Source of the DNA: Mytilus edulis
Taxonomy: Eukaryota
NCBI RefSeq assembly: GCF_963676685.1
Contig: NC_092346.1
Coordinates: 6,572,001 to 6,636,000, forward strand
Length of the DNA stretch: 64,000 nucleotides
Reading direction: 5' to 3'
Every line of letters begins with the position of its first letter. Within the stretch, counting starts at the first letter, position 1. The translations under genes and the position numbers were made by a program. Positions 51,901 to 64,000 of this stretch are shown here, piece by piece. The notes below the pieces were generated by a model, which was given only the letters and a program-made list of their open reading frames with translations, made no database searches and was not told the origin of the DNA.

Positions 51901-53372
51901 TGCCCTCTATGATGGGCAAATAACCTTTGGATATTTTTGTGGTGAGAATAGCATGATTGTGAAATAGATGATGTTCCTGAAAGAGAGTGGCAAGAAGAAA
52001 AATAAAAAAAGAAAAAAGTTGATTTAAATATTAATGAAAAACAGTTTAAGGTTGAATGATACTTTTGTAATTATTGGCAATCAAAATATGCTATAAACAT
52101 TAAGCTTTACCATCCTAGTATTAAAATCAGAACACAATTATTTTCTTTTTAAATATTATTTGACTTGGTCAAAGTTCATAATTTAAAATTTATTGTACAT
52201 TGTTTCATTTAAATAAATTATACTATAAGGAACAACAGACACTATAGAGAGGTTATGTATATATATAAGAAATCCTTTGTAGTAAAAATGCCTTGAAGAA
52301 GTAAGAAAGATATGTCAATACTTCTTGCTGTGATATGTGTGACTGGCAATGTATTTGTTTTTACTGTGAACAAAGTTAATAAAATTCATATCGTTGTTTC
52401 TTACTTGATTATTCTTTTCGCCATGAATGAGATATGATAGAAAAGTAGAAAGATAGTGATGATGAATTTGATGTCCTGATGAGAACATGTTATTGTCATA
52501 TAAATATTGACCCAACAGACAGCATCAGTGTTCTCTCCAGGCTGTCGCTCATCCAGATTTTTAACATGCTAGTTTACAAAATACAGTCTGTAAGAAGACA
52601 TGCAACCTACGAGGTGGAGTTGTTATGACTGAGCCTCAACCACCTTTAATCTTATCATTAATTGCTGTATGCTTAGCTCATAAGAGGCAAACACCAATTT
52701 TCAAGTTTTTTTTTAATTTTCACTTCAGTGATGCTGAAGTCTGAAATATTTGAAAGTCCAAAACCTATTACATGTTGGAAAGCTTATAAGATTCTTATAA
52801 AACTTAAACAGACCAAAAGTAAGGCCAAACTCAAACAAGGAATCAGAGCTATGCGTAAGAGAGATACATTCCTTTATTTAAAAGGTTTTGAAATTTTATA
52901 AAAGCAAATCTATATAGAACACAATATCCATAGTTTGAAGACTGTACCAAAAAAATAATATATGTGCCTCATTGGGGGACATTGGGATGTTGTTCCTTTA
53001 TATGTTTAATAGTGAAAGATGGTCAAAATCAAAACCCTGAATTTACTGCATTTAAAAATCTTGTAAGTTATGAATTTATCTACATCGGGAAAATATGGAG
53101 CAAATCTTTGAAGATGTCTTTATGAACGAATACATAATGAACAAAGGGATCCACAGAATTTTTTTAAAAGGTCTCAATGCCATTAATTAAGTTTTCTTGT
53201 CCTCTTGACATGCATGAAATATTTGCAACTGGACATTAAGGAAAGCTTCAATAAAATTGAAACTATTAGACCACTCCTTGATCTTCTCATGCCTTTGGTA
53301 AATTATATTCCTAATTGCACTCATACCACTTCAGCTTCATACTTTATTTGGCCTTTTAACTTTTTTTTATTT

Positions 53373-53410
53373 GAGCGTCGCTGATGAGTGATGAAACACA
53401 TGCCTGGCAT
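53373..53410 (+). ncRNA. Degenerate hammerhead relic (stem II deleted)
   Basis: gagcgtcgctgatgagtgatgaaacacatgcctggca, with the same flanks (actttatttgg/acctttt...) as the 20857 copy. Confidence 0.45.
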
Positions 53411-55835
53411 ACACAATTTTAATCCTGGTTACAGGTATCGATGATCATCTTATTTAACCACATTTCTGTCATGCAATGAAGAAAGACACATAATAAGTAT
53501 TTTAAATATTTTATTTCAACAAGAACAACTTATTTATTAAAATAAGAATTTAAAATGTGTATTACACAGTAAAACAAGATCTAGCACCATAAATCAATTA
53601 TGTTTTGCATGAATAAAGCATATATCTACACATGTGTAAAGCTTAATAAAAAACGTTTATACAAATAAAATAGTATATTGGAATAAAAAATCTATATACA
53701 ATTACAACCTATTACAAGTTCTTGTCGTGACCTTCATTACCGAAAATCTACTGGCCTTGACCTTCATTACTGAAAATCTAAGGCCTGAAATAAGAATCTT
53801 TTAGTACCGGTATGTATTTTGCTTGTCAGGCTAGACATTCAACCTTTTTTTCTCTCTCAAAAATAAATTCTATGTGAAAAATATATAAATATTTACAATT
53901 ACTGACCATAGATGAATGTACAATACAATTGTGCAAGAACTAAAATACATATTGAGTACATTTGTTAGTCAAAATTTATATATAATTTAATTTCAAAACC
54001 ATTTCACCCTCGAAATAAAGTTTACTGGTGGTATATATATATTTCTTTAGAAAAGATAAACACATGTTATATATATAAACACTATAAGTAAAGAGCTCTT
54101 GGCACTAAAAGCCATGTATTCCATGAAAAATTGCATACAATCAAATGGACTCATATATGTTTTCAGTGTTTTAAAATTGATTGTTGTATTGTATATAATT
54201 GAACCCTTTGCCGTCTATCAACTACACATTCTTATTTCAGGTGAAGAAAAAGTAAAAATACAAAATAAACAAGAATGTGTCCATTATACATGGATGCCCA
54301 ATTGGTGCTTTCATTTTCTATGTTCAGTGGACCATGAAAAACTCTTATTTGGAATTAAAATTGAAAAGATCATATCATAGGGAACATGTGTACTAAGTTT
54401 CAAGTTGATTGGACTCCAACTTCATCAAAAACTACCTTGACCAAAAACTTTAACCTGAAGAGGGACAGACGGATAAAAGAACAGATGGATGAACGGATGC
54501 ACAAACCAAAAAACAATGCCCCTCTACTTTCGTAGGTGGGGCATAAAAAAAATGTAACAATTAAACTAAGTATCACATTTCTCGCACTGTTTGCTTGAAC
54601 ATGGATATATCACATTCTTTTCTTACCCAAATAACTATACTTGCTGAACGTTAGACAAGAATGTAAAATTAATTCAAGACATTTTGGAAATTACACAAAA
54701 ACATAATGATATCAGCTGAGCATTACAATGCATTCCTTTTTAAAGAAACCTTTCCAGACACAATTTCTGCAGTCATCAAAATGATCTCAAAAAATTTATA
54801 AATTTACAGTATAGATTATATTCTATGCCTCTGAAAGTAGTAAATGCTAAATACAATACAAGCTGTTGCCCTGATAGCATCATTTCAAATATGTAACCAG
54901 TTATCTAAGATATAATGCTGATACTAAAGGATGTAACAAACTGAAAGTTCAACATGAAAAAGAGTCAAGGTTTCTTGCTACATTGAAGACCCATTGGTGG
55001 CCTTCGGCTGTTGTCGGCTCTATGTTCGGTTTGTTTTGTCACTTTGACACATTCCCCATTTTCATTCTCAATTTTATCATAGAAAATATACATATAGAGA
55101 TTATAATGGAAATGCACAACATAATCATTCATATATATAGTAGTAATAAAAAAACATTTAAAAATTTAGACAGCTTAGAGATTCATTCAATAGCATGAAT
55201 ATCTATAATATTTTTAAATTATTATGACCTCTTGACCTCTGACAAAAATGCGAAATATACTTAATGTGATTGCAATATTTTATGAAGCAAAATCACTTCT
55301 GAAATCATAAATGCCAATTCTTTTTATTGTAAAACCGTTAGTCACATCTTATCCTTAATAAAAACATCAACAAATTTCTGAATTTACAGTAATTTTAAAA
55401 ATGTCATTTCTGTTTGTAACTGCAGTGATTAATTCTTGTAAATGTCTAAATCAATGTTGATAAATTTAAGACTTTTTGTGACGATTTATATATGTCATTT
55501 CTATTATTCTATAATATTAAAAAAAATGAATTGCTTACAAATTTTAAATTTTTTTTTTTTTTACAGTACTAGCTTCCTTACAAGCTAAGTTCCAGTGGGT
55601 GCCTTTATGTCAATGCTAAATAATCCAATTATACGAAAAACAAATCCAAGACTACATGATTATTTTCCACGTATTGTATTTACCTTCTCCAACATTATGA
55701 GGTTGTTCTTTCTAGTTTAATGTATGGAGTATAAATTCTATATATTATCACTGGCTTAGATCAGATCGATGATTTAATTTATGGAATTTTAATCTTCCAT
55801 TGTAAACACCATAGTAAATGTTTTATACAAATGTC

Positions 55836-56418
55836 TCAAATCAACCTTGTGTTTTTAAGGTACTGTATTAATGTTTTATGTATAAAATTATATTGTCCTA
55901 AAGTCTGCACCATGAACATTCTTTGGTTTCGGATTCCTGCAAGGGCTTTTGGCAAATCAATATCCTGAAAAAAATAATTTATACAAAATATAAAATTAAG
56001 TTGCATATCTTTACAATGTACCTTTTTTCTTAATAAACTACAGTCAGAGTATTTTAAAATTATTAACACAAATTCCCTGCAACAACTAATAAATTATTTC
56101 ATACATCTTTCAGTTAAGCAGATAGTTTTTTGCCATACTATAAATAAGGTAATACATTTTTATCCATGTAAAATTACCAATTTAATTTAAATTTTATCAA
56201 ACAAGAATGTGTCCTCAGTACACGAATGCCCCACTCGCACTATCATTTTCTATGTTCAGTGGACCGTGAAATTCAGGTAAAATCTCTAATTTGGCATTAA
56301 AATTAAAAAGATCATATCATAGGGAACATGTGTACCAAGTTTGAAGTCAATTGGACTTCAACTTCATCAAAAACTACCTTGACCAAAAACTTTAACCTGA
56401 AGCGGGACAGACGGACGA

Positions 56419-56472
<54 letters not shown>

Positions 56473-59400
56473 GGACGGACGAACGGACGGACGAACGGAC
56501 GCACAGACCAGAAAACATAATGCCCCTCTACTATCGTAGGTGGGGCATAAAAATTTATTCAAATTCAAATGTATATCAAACATTCAGCTTTATATACATA
56601 TCTAAAGACATCAGAGGATTATTTGTGGACCCTCCATACCCCTTTCTATCTCTGTTCACAGATTAACATCAAGTTTGAAGTATTATTCTTTTTTTTTTAA
56701 ATACAGTCTACTAGTTAAATGATAGGTTTTCAATCTTCCTACCATTTCACTGGACATATATCAATTCAATCATTATTTAGAATAATGACTGAAAATGGCT
56801 AAACAATTTTTTCTAATTTCTGAAATACTTTTTTAATGAGATAGGGGAGATAATCATAACATTTTTTTTTCTCCAAAATTCTGTTTTAACATACAGTCGA
56901 CTCTCGTTATGTCGAAGTCAGCCGGACCAGAGAAATATTTCGAGATACACGTAGTTCGACTCAAACGAACACCGGAAGTTCGACAATCTAAGGGACACAA
57001 CTCTTGCTTAGCTTGGTAAAGCTAAAATAAATCCGGGTGAATATGACAAGGGGATCGATATCCTAGTATCGGATCGATGTATTTGTATGTCACAGTCTTT
57101 TATTATTATAATGACTGTTATTTTTACTTATTCAATTGTTTCAATTAAAAAAAAATCCTATGGCTTTTCCAAGAGAGTAATTTCCAATCGACAGTTTCGT
57201 AATTCAGGTCGCTAATAGCTGACAAAATTGTTTATTCTCGGATACAAGAGATTTAAGAAAATTTTGATTTCTATTCATTTTGTTTTATCTCACTCTTTGT
57301 TTTCAAAAGAACATATAATAAGATTAAAGACGCCGTTTGAGTAGTTTTTAGGTGATCATCAACGGAAGCCATAATCCTCACTTTATACACACCCAAGCTC
57401 ATTAGTGTAAATCACAAATTAATTGTTTTGTAAACAATTTAAATACTTTTTCATGAACATTAACAATTTATCACTAATTATTTATAAAAATTCTATAAAA
57501 GATAATCTTAGGTAAACACTCATGGAAATAGCATGTCATAAATCAATACAGTGGTCAGTGACCGGAAATTTAATTACACGTGTATTGTCAGATTAACTCT
57601 TCAATCCATTTAAATCCCGGAGGTCATGTTTTGACATATGTGTATTAGTTCGAGATAAAAAATGAATTTGAATGCTTTTGTTAACCTTGGGACCGTAAAT
57701 TTAGTTCGACTCAACCGAAATTTCGACTCATCCAATTTCGACTCATCAGGAGTCGAATTACATACTTTTGTATGGAATAAAGTTTGGGACCACGTGAAAA
57801 CTTCGACTCATCCGAAATTTCGAGTCAACCGAGTTCGAGACAACGAGAGTTAACTGTATCTCAACATCTTGAGGCAAACTGAAGTAACAAAATGGAAACT
57901 ATAACTTTTGCAATTTTTCCATTTATAAAGGGGCATTACTCTAAAACAATTAAAGTGACACCACCAAAATTCAAACTTGATTTGTGTTTTGCAGTAATAA
58001 GCATTGTGTATCAGTTTCGTAACATTTAGTCAAGGCATACTCAAGTTAAAGAACCGAAACCAATTTTTCGGACAAATGTATGTACAGACAGAAAAGGGTA
58101 AAACGTAATGCCCCCTTCGCTACAGTGGGGGCATAAAAATTCAAACATTGAATGTAAACTTACATGATTATGTTCTAAGCACCACTTCATAACCTGTGTA
58201 AGTATGACCACGCCTGTTCTCCCTACTCCAGCACTACAATGTACCACTATGGGGGATTTTTTACCACTACCCTCCTCACTTTCTGCTAATCTTTGTACTG
58301 AGTCAACTTCATCTAAGAATCCTGTAATAAAGACAAGAAAATGATATTTTTCTCTAATTATCTCCCCTGAATTTTACCTGTCAGCAAAACACTTGGAGAC
58401 CAATGCTTATAGGGTATATGTAGAAAATAACAACAGCATTGCTGTATGCAATGTTTTTTTATGGAATTCAAAGAAAACAAAAACATACATAACTTCATCA
58501 ACAATAAATACTCATTTATATTTGTTGAGTTTGGAGGTAGACTTTTCCAACAAATTGTCGGCATTCCTATGGAAACAAACTGTGCGCCTCTTCTTGCCGA
58601 CCTCTTCTTATTTTCATATGAATCGGAGTTCCTCCAGACACTTGTAAAAAACAAGAGAATCAAAGAAGCCAGATTATTTAATTTCACTTTCAGATATATT
58701 GATGATGTTCTTTCCATAAACAATCCGAACTTTTCTGATTGGGTTCCATTAATATATCCCCCAGAACTAGAGATTAAAGAAACAACAGACACGGCTTCCT
58801 CCGCCTCATTTTTAGACTTATATATCGAATTTGACTTACACAGTCATCTCAGTACCAGAATCTATGACAAACGAGACGATTTTAATTTTGAAATCATAAA
58901 TTTCCCCCACCTTAGTAGCAATATACCAACTTCACCTATGGGATATATATTTCCCAACTTATTCGATATTCTAGAGCTTGCAGCTCCTACTCAGACTTTG
59001 TAATACGTCATCAGTGTCTGAGTAGAAAGTTGATGAAACAGGGGTATGTCAAAGAACGTCTCGTTCTTTTTCTAAAAAAGTTCATCGGAAGGTACCAAGA
59101 CCTTGTTGATAAATATTCCGTATCAACTTCTAAAATAATACACAATGGTCTTGATGTATAGATTCTTTGTACTGATGTTGTTTATCATCTTAACAATGTG
59201 TTTTATAGTTCTTTCATTTGTCTTTGTTCTATTATTAATATTACTTTTACTGTTGAATGGTTTCATGTGATATCCGTTTCACGTGGCTCGGTACTTATAC
59301 ATCTCATCAATGTGTTTGTATTGGCTTTCATTTTTTTGTGGTTTGTTTTGTATTTGCGACTTTTTGTATTTCTTTTGTTCTTATAACGTGACTCTGTACT

Positions 59401-62400
59401 TTAAAAGATCCCGTCAGTATGATATTGTTCTATTATATGTCATTATGATATATTTCTATTATGAATTACAACATACGTTGAACCACAAACGTCAAAATCA
59501 TTCAATCGCGTAGTGGAATTAACTATTTTTGGATTCTTATAAATTCTATATATAACTTTTGGACTAGTTTAAATCTCGGTCTATTTCTTAAATTTATTCT
59601 TACATACTTTTGATTTTTTAACCCTGTATGCTAACATTCCCATGAAAATTTTAAAATTGTTTGTACGCACATTGAACGACAAATTTATGTGACGTATAAA
59701 ATTTTCTGACGTCAGACACTCAAATCAATAAATGTGTTCGTAGATAGTAGATGTTTTTGTGTTCTGTTAAATTGTTCCTTTTTAAATTGTTAAACGATGA
59801 TGACTGATGTACCCATATTTTGACTATTATATTTATTGTGTCTGTTTATTTAACGCATCAATGTAAAAATATCGGAAATTGATGAGACTGTCATTAAAGT
59901 GAGAGGGTTAGCGCTATAGAACCAGGTTTAATCCACCATTTTCTACATTTGAAAATGCCTGTACCAAGTCAGGAATATGACAGTTTTTGTCCATTCGTTT
60001 TTGATGGGTTTTGTTATTTGATTTTGCCATGTGATTATGGACTTTCCCAATTGATCTTCCTCTAAGTTCAGTATTTTTGTGATTTTACTTTTTCATGGAA
60101 TATATGTTGACAGTTTTTGCTTTAAATAGCAGAGATAAGAAAACCTTTAGTTGATAACTTCTACCTCATTTGATCTCTGGTGAAGATTTGTCTCATAAGC
60201 AATCATACCACATCTTATTATTTTTAAATAGAAACTTAATGCATGGACAGTAATTACAATTATTTACCCCCTATTCTCAACCTAATAAATGGGATTTGTA
60301 TTCTATCTTTTGGTGTGTCAGTTACTTTTTGGTTTCTAGTTGGTTTTTAGTACTGTGTGACTAGGTATTTTGAATTCATGTCACATCCCATACATCTTCA
60401 CCACAAAATCATTTGACCACTAACATGAAGAAGTTAGATAAACATGCAAGATTTGTCTCCCCTTACTTCACTTACCCAGAAATCCATACATATCGTCAGG
60501 ACAACCATGATCTGGCCAATCAGTGTACTGTAAATGCCATATCTGCCTTTCCTTTTTAGAATTAGTATGGACTACAGAAATTCTGTTTGTGATATAACAC
60601 AAGGAATCATTGCAAAACAACAGGGTCACCTCAAACTGAAAAAAATAAAACAGCTCATTATAAGTTTTGTTTTCAAATATTATTGAAACCTTTTCATGTA
60701 CAATGTATTTATTTTAAAAGCAATCCTTTAAAGTCATTTTAATTTGTTTTGTTAGATTGTAAATGTTTAATGCAATATTAAACTCTAGAAAAATAATCAG
60801 ATTGACTGAGCAAACCAACCATGCCGAATCAAATAGTTGAAAAAGTAAAGAACATCAGCAGTGGTTCAGACTAATCATGTCATAATTATAGTATTTGTCA
60901 GTCTAAGATATCCTGGATAATGAATAATATTCACAATGTTGTGTCCAAACAAGAATGTGTCCATAGTAAACGGATGCCCCACTCCCACTATCATTTTCTA
61001 TGTTCAGTGGACCATGAAATTGGGGTCAAAACTTTAATTTGGAATTAAAATTAGAAAGATCATATCATAGGGAACATGTGTACTAAGTTTCAAGTTGATG
61101 TAACTTTAACTTCATCAAAAACTACCTTGACCAAAAACTTTAACCTGAACTTTGCACTATCATTTTCTATGTTCAGTGGACCATGAAATTGGGGTCAAAA
61201 CTATAATTTGGCATTAAAATTAGAAAGATCATATCATGGGGAACATGTGTATTAAGTTTCAAGTTGATTGGACTTCAGCTTCATCAAAAACTACCTCAAC
61301 CAAAAACTTTAACCGGACGGACGAATGGAGGCACAGACCAGAAAACATAATGCCCCTCTACTATCGTAGGTTGGGCATAAAAAAATGACTATAAAGCATA
61401 ACCTATTAATGTTGTATACATGTCTACTGTGGAGAGTTGTCTCATTGGCAATAATACCACATCTTCTTATTTTTATATAACCTTAAAATTTTTAACTGTA
61501 AATCATATTTTATATCAAATCAGTATTAGTAATCATAACTTACAGGTCCAAATGTAATTGTATGCTCTGGTCCAACCTCTTGTGGCCAGTAAGGAAAACA
61601 TTTCTGTCTACCCATCTCCTGCAAAAAAGTTAAATACTTTATTTTAATTTATGCAGAGGGCAGAACATTGATTTGGGAGTATAGATAATAGACTAGAGTT
61701 ATAACGACCAGGCTGTTCAAGAATTGAATGCATTTAGGAGAAGGCTTTTTTTTGTTTTTTTTATCATTATCAAATTTATATTACATAATTCTATTTTACT
61801 TACACTATTTTAACCAAATTTGATTGAAAATGCAACCATTCACAATTAATCTACTTGAGTGTCTCCAAACAACCCCAACAATGAATTTGGAAAAAACCCT
61901 TATGAAAATTGGTCTAAAGTATTATTTGTAGAATATGCAACCATAATATGAAATTTTAAAATATTACTGATTAGGTCAGCTCAACCTGTGTCCATAAATG
62001 GAACAAATCACAAGAGATAAAATTGCAGACTTACATGTATAAAGGAGTTTGCCGGAAAATTTTATTTACAGCGCTAAGACATACATATTCTGCACATGCA
62101 ATTTTTTTTTAAGAATCATAATTCATATAAAAAGGTTTAAAAAAAAATTCTCCACTGCATAAATGTGAAAATCAATCAGCTTACCACTAAATCTGTCAGC
62201 ATGGCTATTACATCAACTTCTTGTTCCCAAATCAGCTGCCAGAAATCTATACAGGTGTTCGGAAGTGGTGCTTGTGTGGCTATATACCACCAGACACGAT
62301 CCCCAACTGAAAGCTGAAACATAACACAAATTTGTTATAACTTGTGTGGAACTTCATGTAATGATATATGAAACAGAAATAACATAGTCAAAACAACTGA

Positions 62401-63235
62401 AGTCCACAAATTTTTCAAACATGAGTTGAACTGTCTTCGACTGCTACATTGGACAGAAAAAGTTATTAACTGACCTCTGATTGGTAAATTAAACATAACT
62501 TTATATAGTGTTATTAAAATTAGCTGTTACAAAATGATAGCAATTATTATAAATTACAGAATGTATCTCCCTCATGCAAAGCTCTGATTCCTTTTACGGA
62601 TTTGGCTATACTTTTTGGACCTTTTGGATTATAGCTCTTCATCTTTTATATAAGCTTTGGATTTCAAATATTTTGGCCACGAGCATCACTGAAGAGACAT
62701 GTATTGTCGAAATGTGCATCCTGGTGCAAGAAAATTGGTACCGTTAATTTTATTGCATTCATAAGACTTGTTGTTTTGTTTGCTTTATCCATACTATGCA
62801 TATCACATAACAAGGATATAAATTTTAGCATGAAAATTCATTCTCTGTAAGAAAGAATACTATTGTTTTCCCCATCATATCATCACTTTTTTATGAAGTT
62901 TTTCCTTTGATCTTACTGACTGACAATTTCCTTTCTCAGCAGAGTAGAGTGATATGAAAAATTATCGCTACAAACTAAGGACACATGTGTAGTTGTCAAT
63001 GTTAACATGTTTTTACCTTTATATGAGAACCATTAACATATCCAGAGTGATTGTCTTTCCTTGGAGCAAGTTTTACACGGGATGCATCATAAGGTAGAAC
63101 ATCTTTAAACCGATTTCTTGGCCCATTTTCTGGAAGTTTGGCCACAGAACAATCATTGTTTGGATTTTTCTTCGGAATTTCCTCAAATTCTTTAAAAACT
63201 AAATTTTCAGATAATTTTGTTTCCAAAAGTTTTCT
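55836..63235 (-). CDS. PTPN14/21: Non-receptor protein tyrosine phosphatase, PTPN14/PTPN21 (Pez)-like, 3' exons 63235-63017, 62313-62185, 61618-61544, 60635-60476, 58321-58164, 55964-55836 (5' part beyond the right edge)
   Basis: Splices in frame to a full PTP domain: [59 protein letters not shown]-terminus ...[10 protein letters not shown] resembles the SRLI end of PTPN14/21. Confidence 0.88.
56199..56551 (+). mobile_element. Helentron-associated (HINE/DINE-1-like) non-autonomous element; relatives at 54268-54548 and 60948-61381
   Basis: aacaagaatgtgtcc 5' end, ~150-bp core unit (two units in the 60948 copy), (GACA)n/(GACG)n microsatellite, 3' stem-loop atgcccc-tctactatcgtagg-tggggcat then an A-run. 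Confidence 0.7.
56894..57856. mobile_element. Tc1/mariner-type non-autonomous element
   Basis: TA|CAGTCGACTCTCGTT...AACGAGAGTTAACTG|TA, subterminal TTCGAC repeats. Confidence 0.75.
58490..60095 (+). mobile_element. 5'-truncated Penelope-like retroelement in a PTP intron
   Basis: ORF 58446..59003 [23 protein letters not shown]...FRYIDD...FLDL...[10 protein letters not shown], followed by a long repeat tail. Confidence 0.85.
62681..62727 (+). ncRNA. Minimal hammerhead ribozyme, second family
   Basis: gcatca-ctgaaga-gaca(tgtat)tgtc-gaaa-tgtgca-tc-ctggtgc: CUGANGA/GAAA core, perfect 4-bp stem II, stem I complementarity. Confidence 0.65.
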
Positions 63236-63620
63236 CTGTAAAAAAAGCAGAATTCATTAACATTTAAATGGCATTTCCACATTAAATAAGTCTACAAATG
63301 AAGTTAATATAGTTTAACCATAATTTAAATGTTCTACATATATAGATTTGCATGCAGATTTTGGAAAACAATAAAATAAAATATTAACAAACATATAATT
63401 TTTGCTCAATCTCTCTAAATTGCACCAATGATAGGAAAATAATTTTATACAGTGTAATTTAATTTATTACTTATTACACTAAATAAACCCGAACTTTTCG
63501 GGGAAAAAGAGATTCAATAATTTATGAAAATATTTAACATAAATCTACTGTAGATACATGTATTTTCGTGTGTACCAATTTCAAGGATTACACAAAATTT
63601 GCATGTTCATGGATACTTAA

Positions 63621-64000
63621 GGAAATTGGCTTGGCATGTTTTGGAATTTTGGTCAGATTTTCTGAATCCTCTGGTTTTATCCATTTTAATGCCTTAACAA
63701 ATTTTGTCCAGTGACCCCCATTTTTCTTTTTATAATTCTTTTAAATGTATAATGATAAGCTGTCTGATAAAAACTTGTAGAATTTTTATTATTTTTTGAT
63801 AGTTTTTGAGGACTTAAACTTGTCAATGATAAAGCTATGAAAAGTAGAGAGAGAACATTTTCCTGCCAAAATTTCAATGGCCAATATATCAAAAACAAGC
63901 ACGGTGACCTGTATTTTTTTTATCTCTTTGTATTCCTTTATTAATCTCCTATCAGTATAAACTAGTGTTTTGAAGAGTTAATTACTTTGAAACTGAGAAG
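63621..64000. mobile_element. Diverged copy of the 374-762 MITE (cut by the right edge)
   Basis: TTAA then collinear similarity (catgttttggaatttt...tctggttttatccatt...tgaaactgag). Confidence 0.65.

Noticed and set aside
56312-56666. ORFs with RQTD/SVCL repeats
   Set aside because: Translations of the (GACA)n microsatellite in a HINE-like element.

Overview
AT-rich, intron- and repeat-rich animal genomic DNA. A bivalve mollusc such as Mytilus is inferred from the repeat families and gene content, not proven. Host genes: (i) two tandem minus-strand paralogs of an NLR-like gene, DZIP3-type HEPN + coiled coil + nSTAND3-like P-loop NTPase + ~25 ankyrin repeats; the complete copy (22.8-30.2 kb) is a pseudogene, and the copy at 1.0-3.1 kb has two intact HEPN exons and runs off the left edge; (ii) a complete 3-exon sphingosine-1-phosphate phosphatase (SGPP) gene on +; (iii) the last six exons of a PTPN14/PTPN21 (Pez)-like tyrosine phosphatase on -. 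The most striking structure is at 12.2-22.1 kb. A Penelope-like retroelement was interrupted by a ~4.2-kb mini Polinton/Maverick-like element with AGTAGT...ACTACT ends, a 6-bp TGTGAT target duplication and ~1.26-kb terminal repeats. That element encodes only a compact penton-like protein and a ZnF-packaging ATPase-ZnF-adenain protease fusion. It was itself hit by a Ginger-like transposon and then split by a ~4.85-kb inversion (about 12504-17350) that can be reconstructed from three independent junctions. Also present: several minimal hammerhead ribozymes, many MITEs (Kolobok-, Harbinger-, Tc1/mariner- and Helentron-type) and a local duplication downstream of SGPP. All coordinates were read by eye; no database searches were run.
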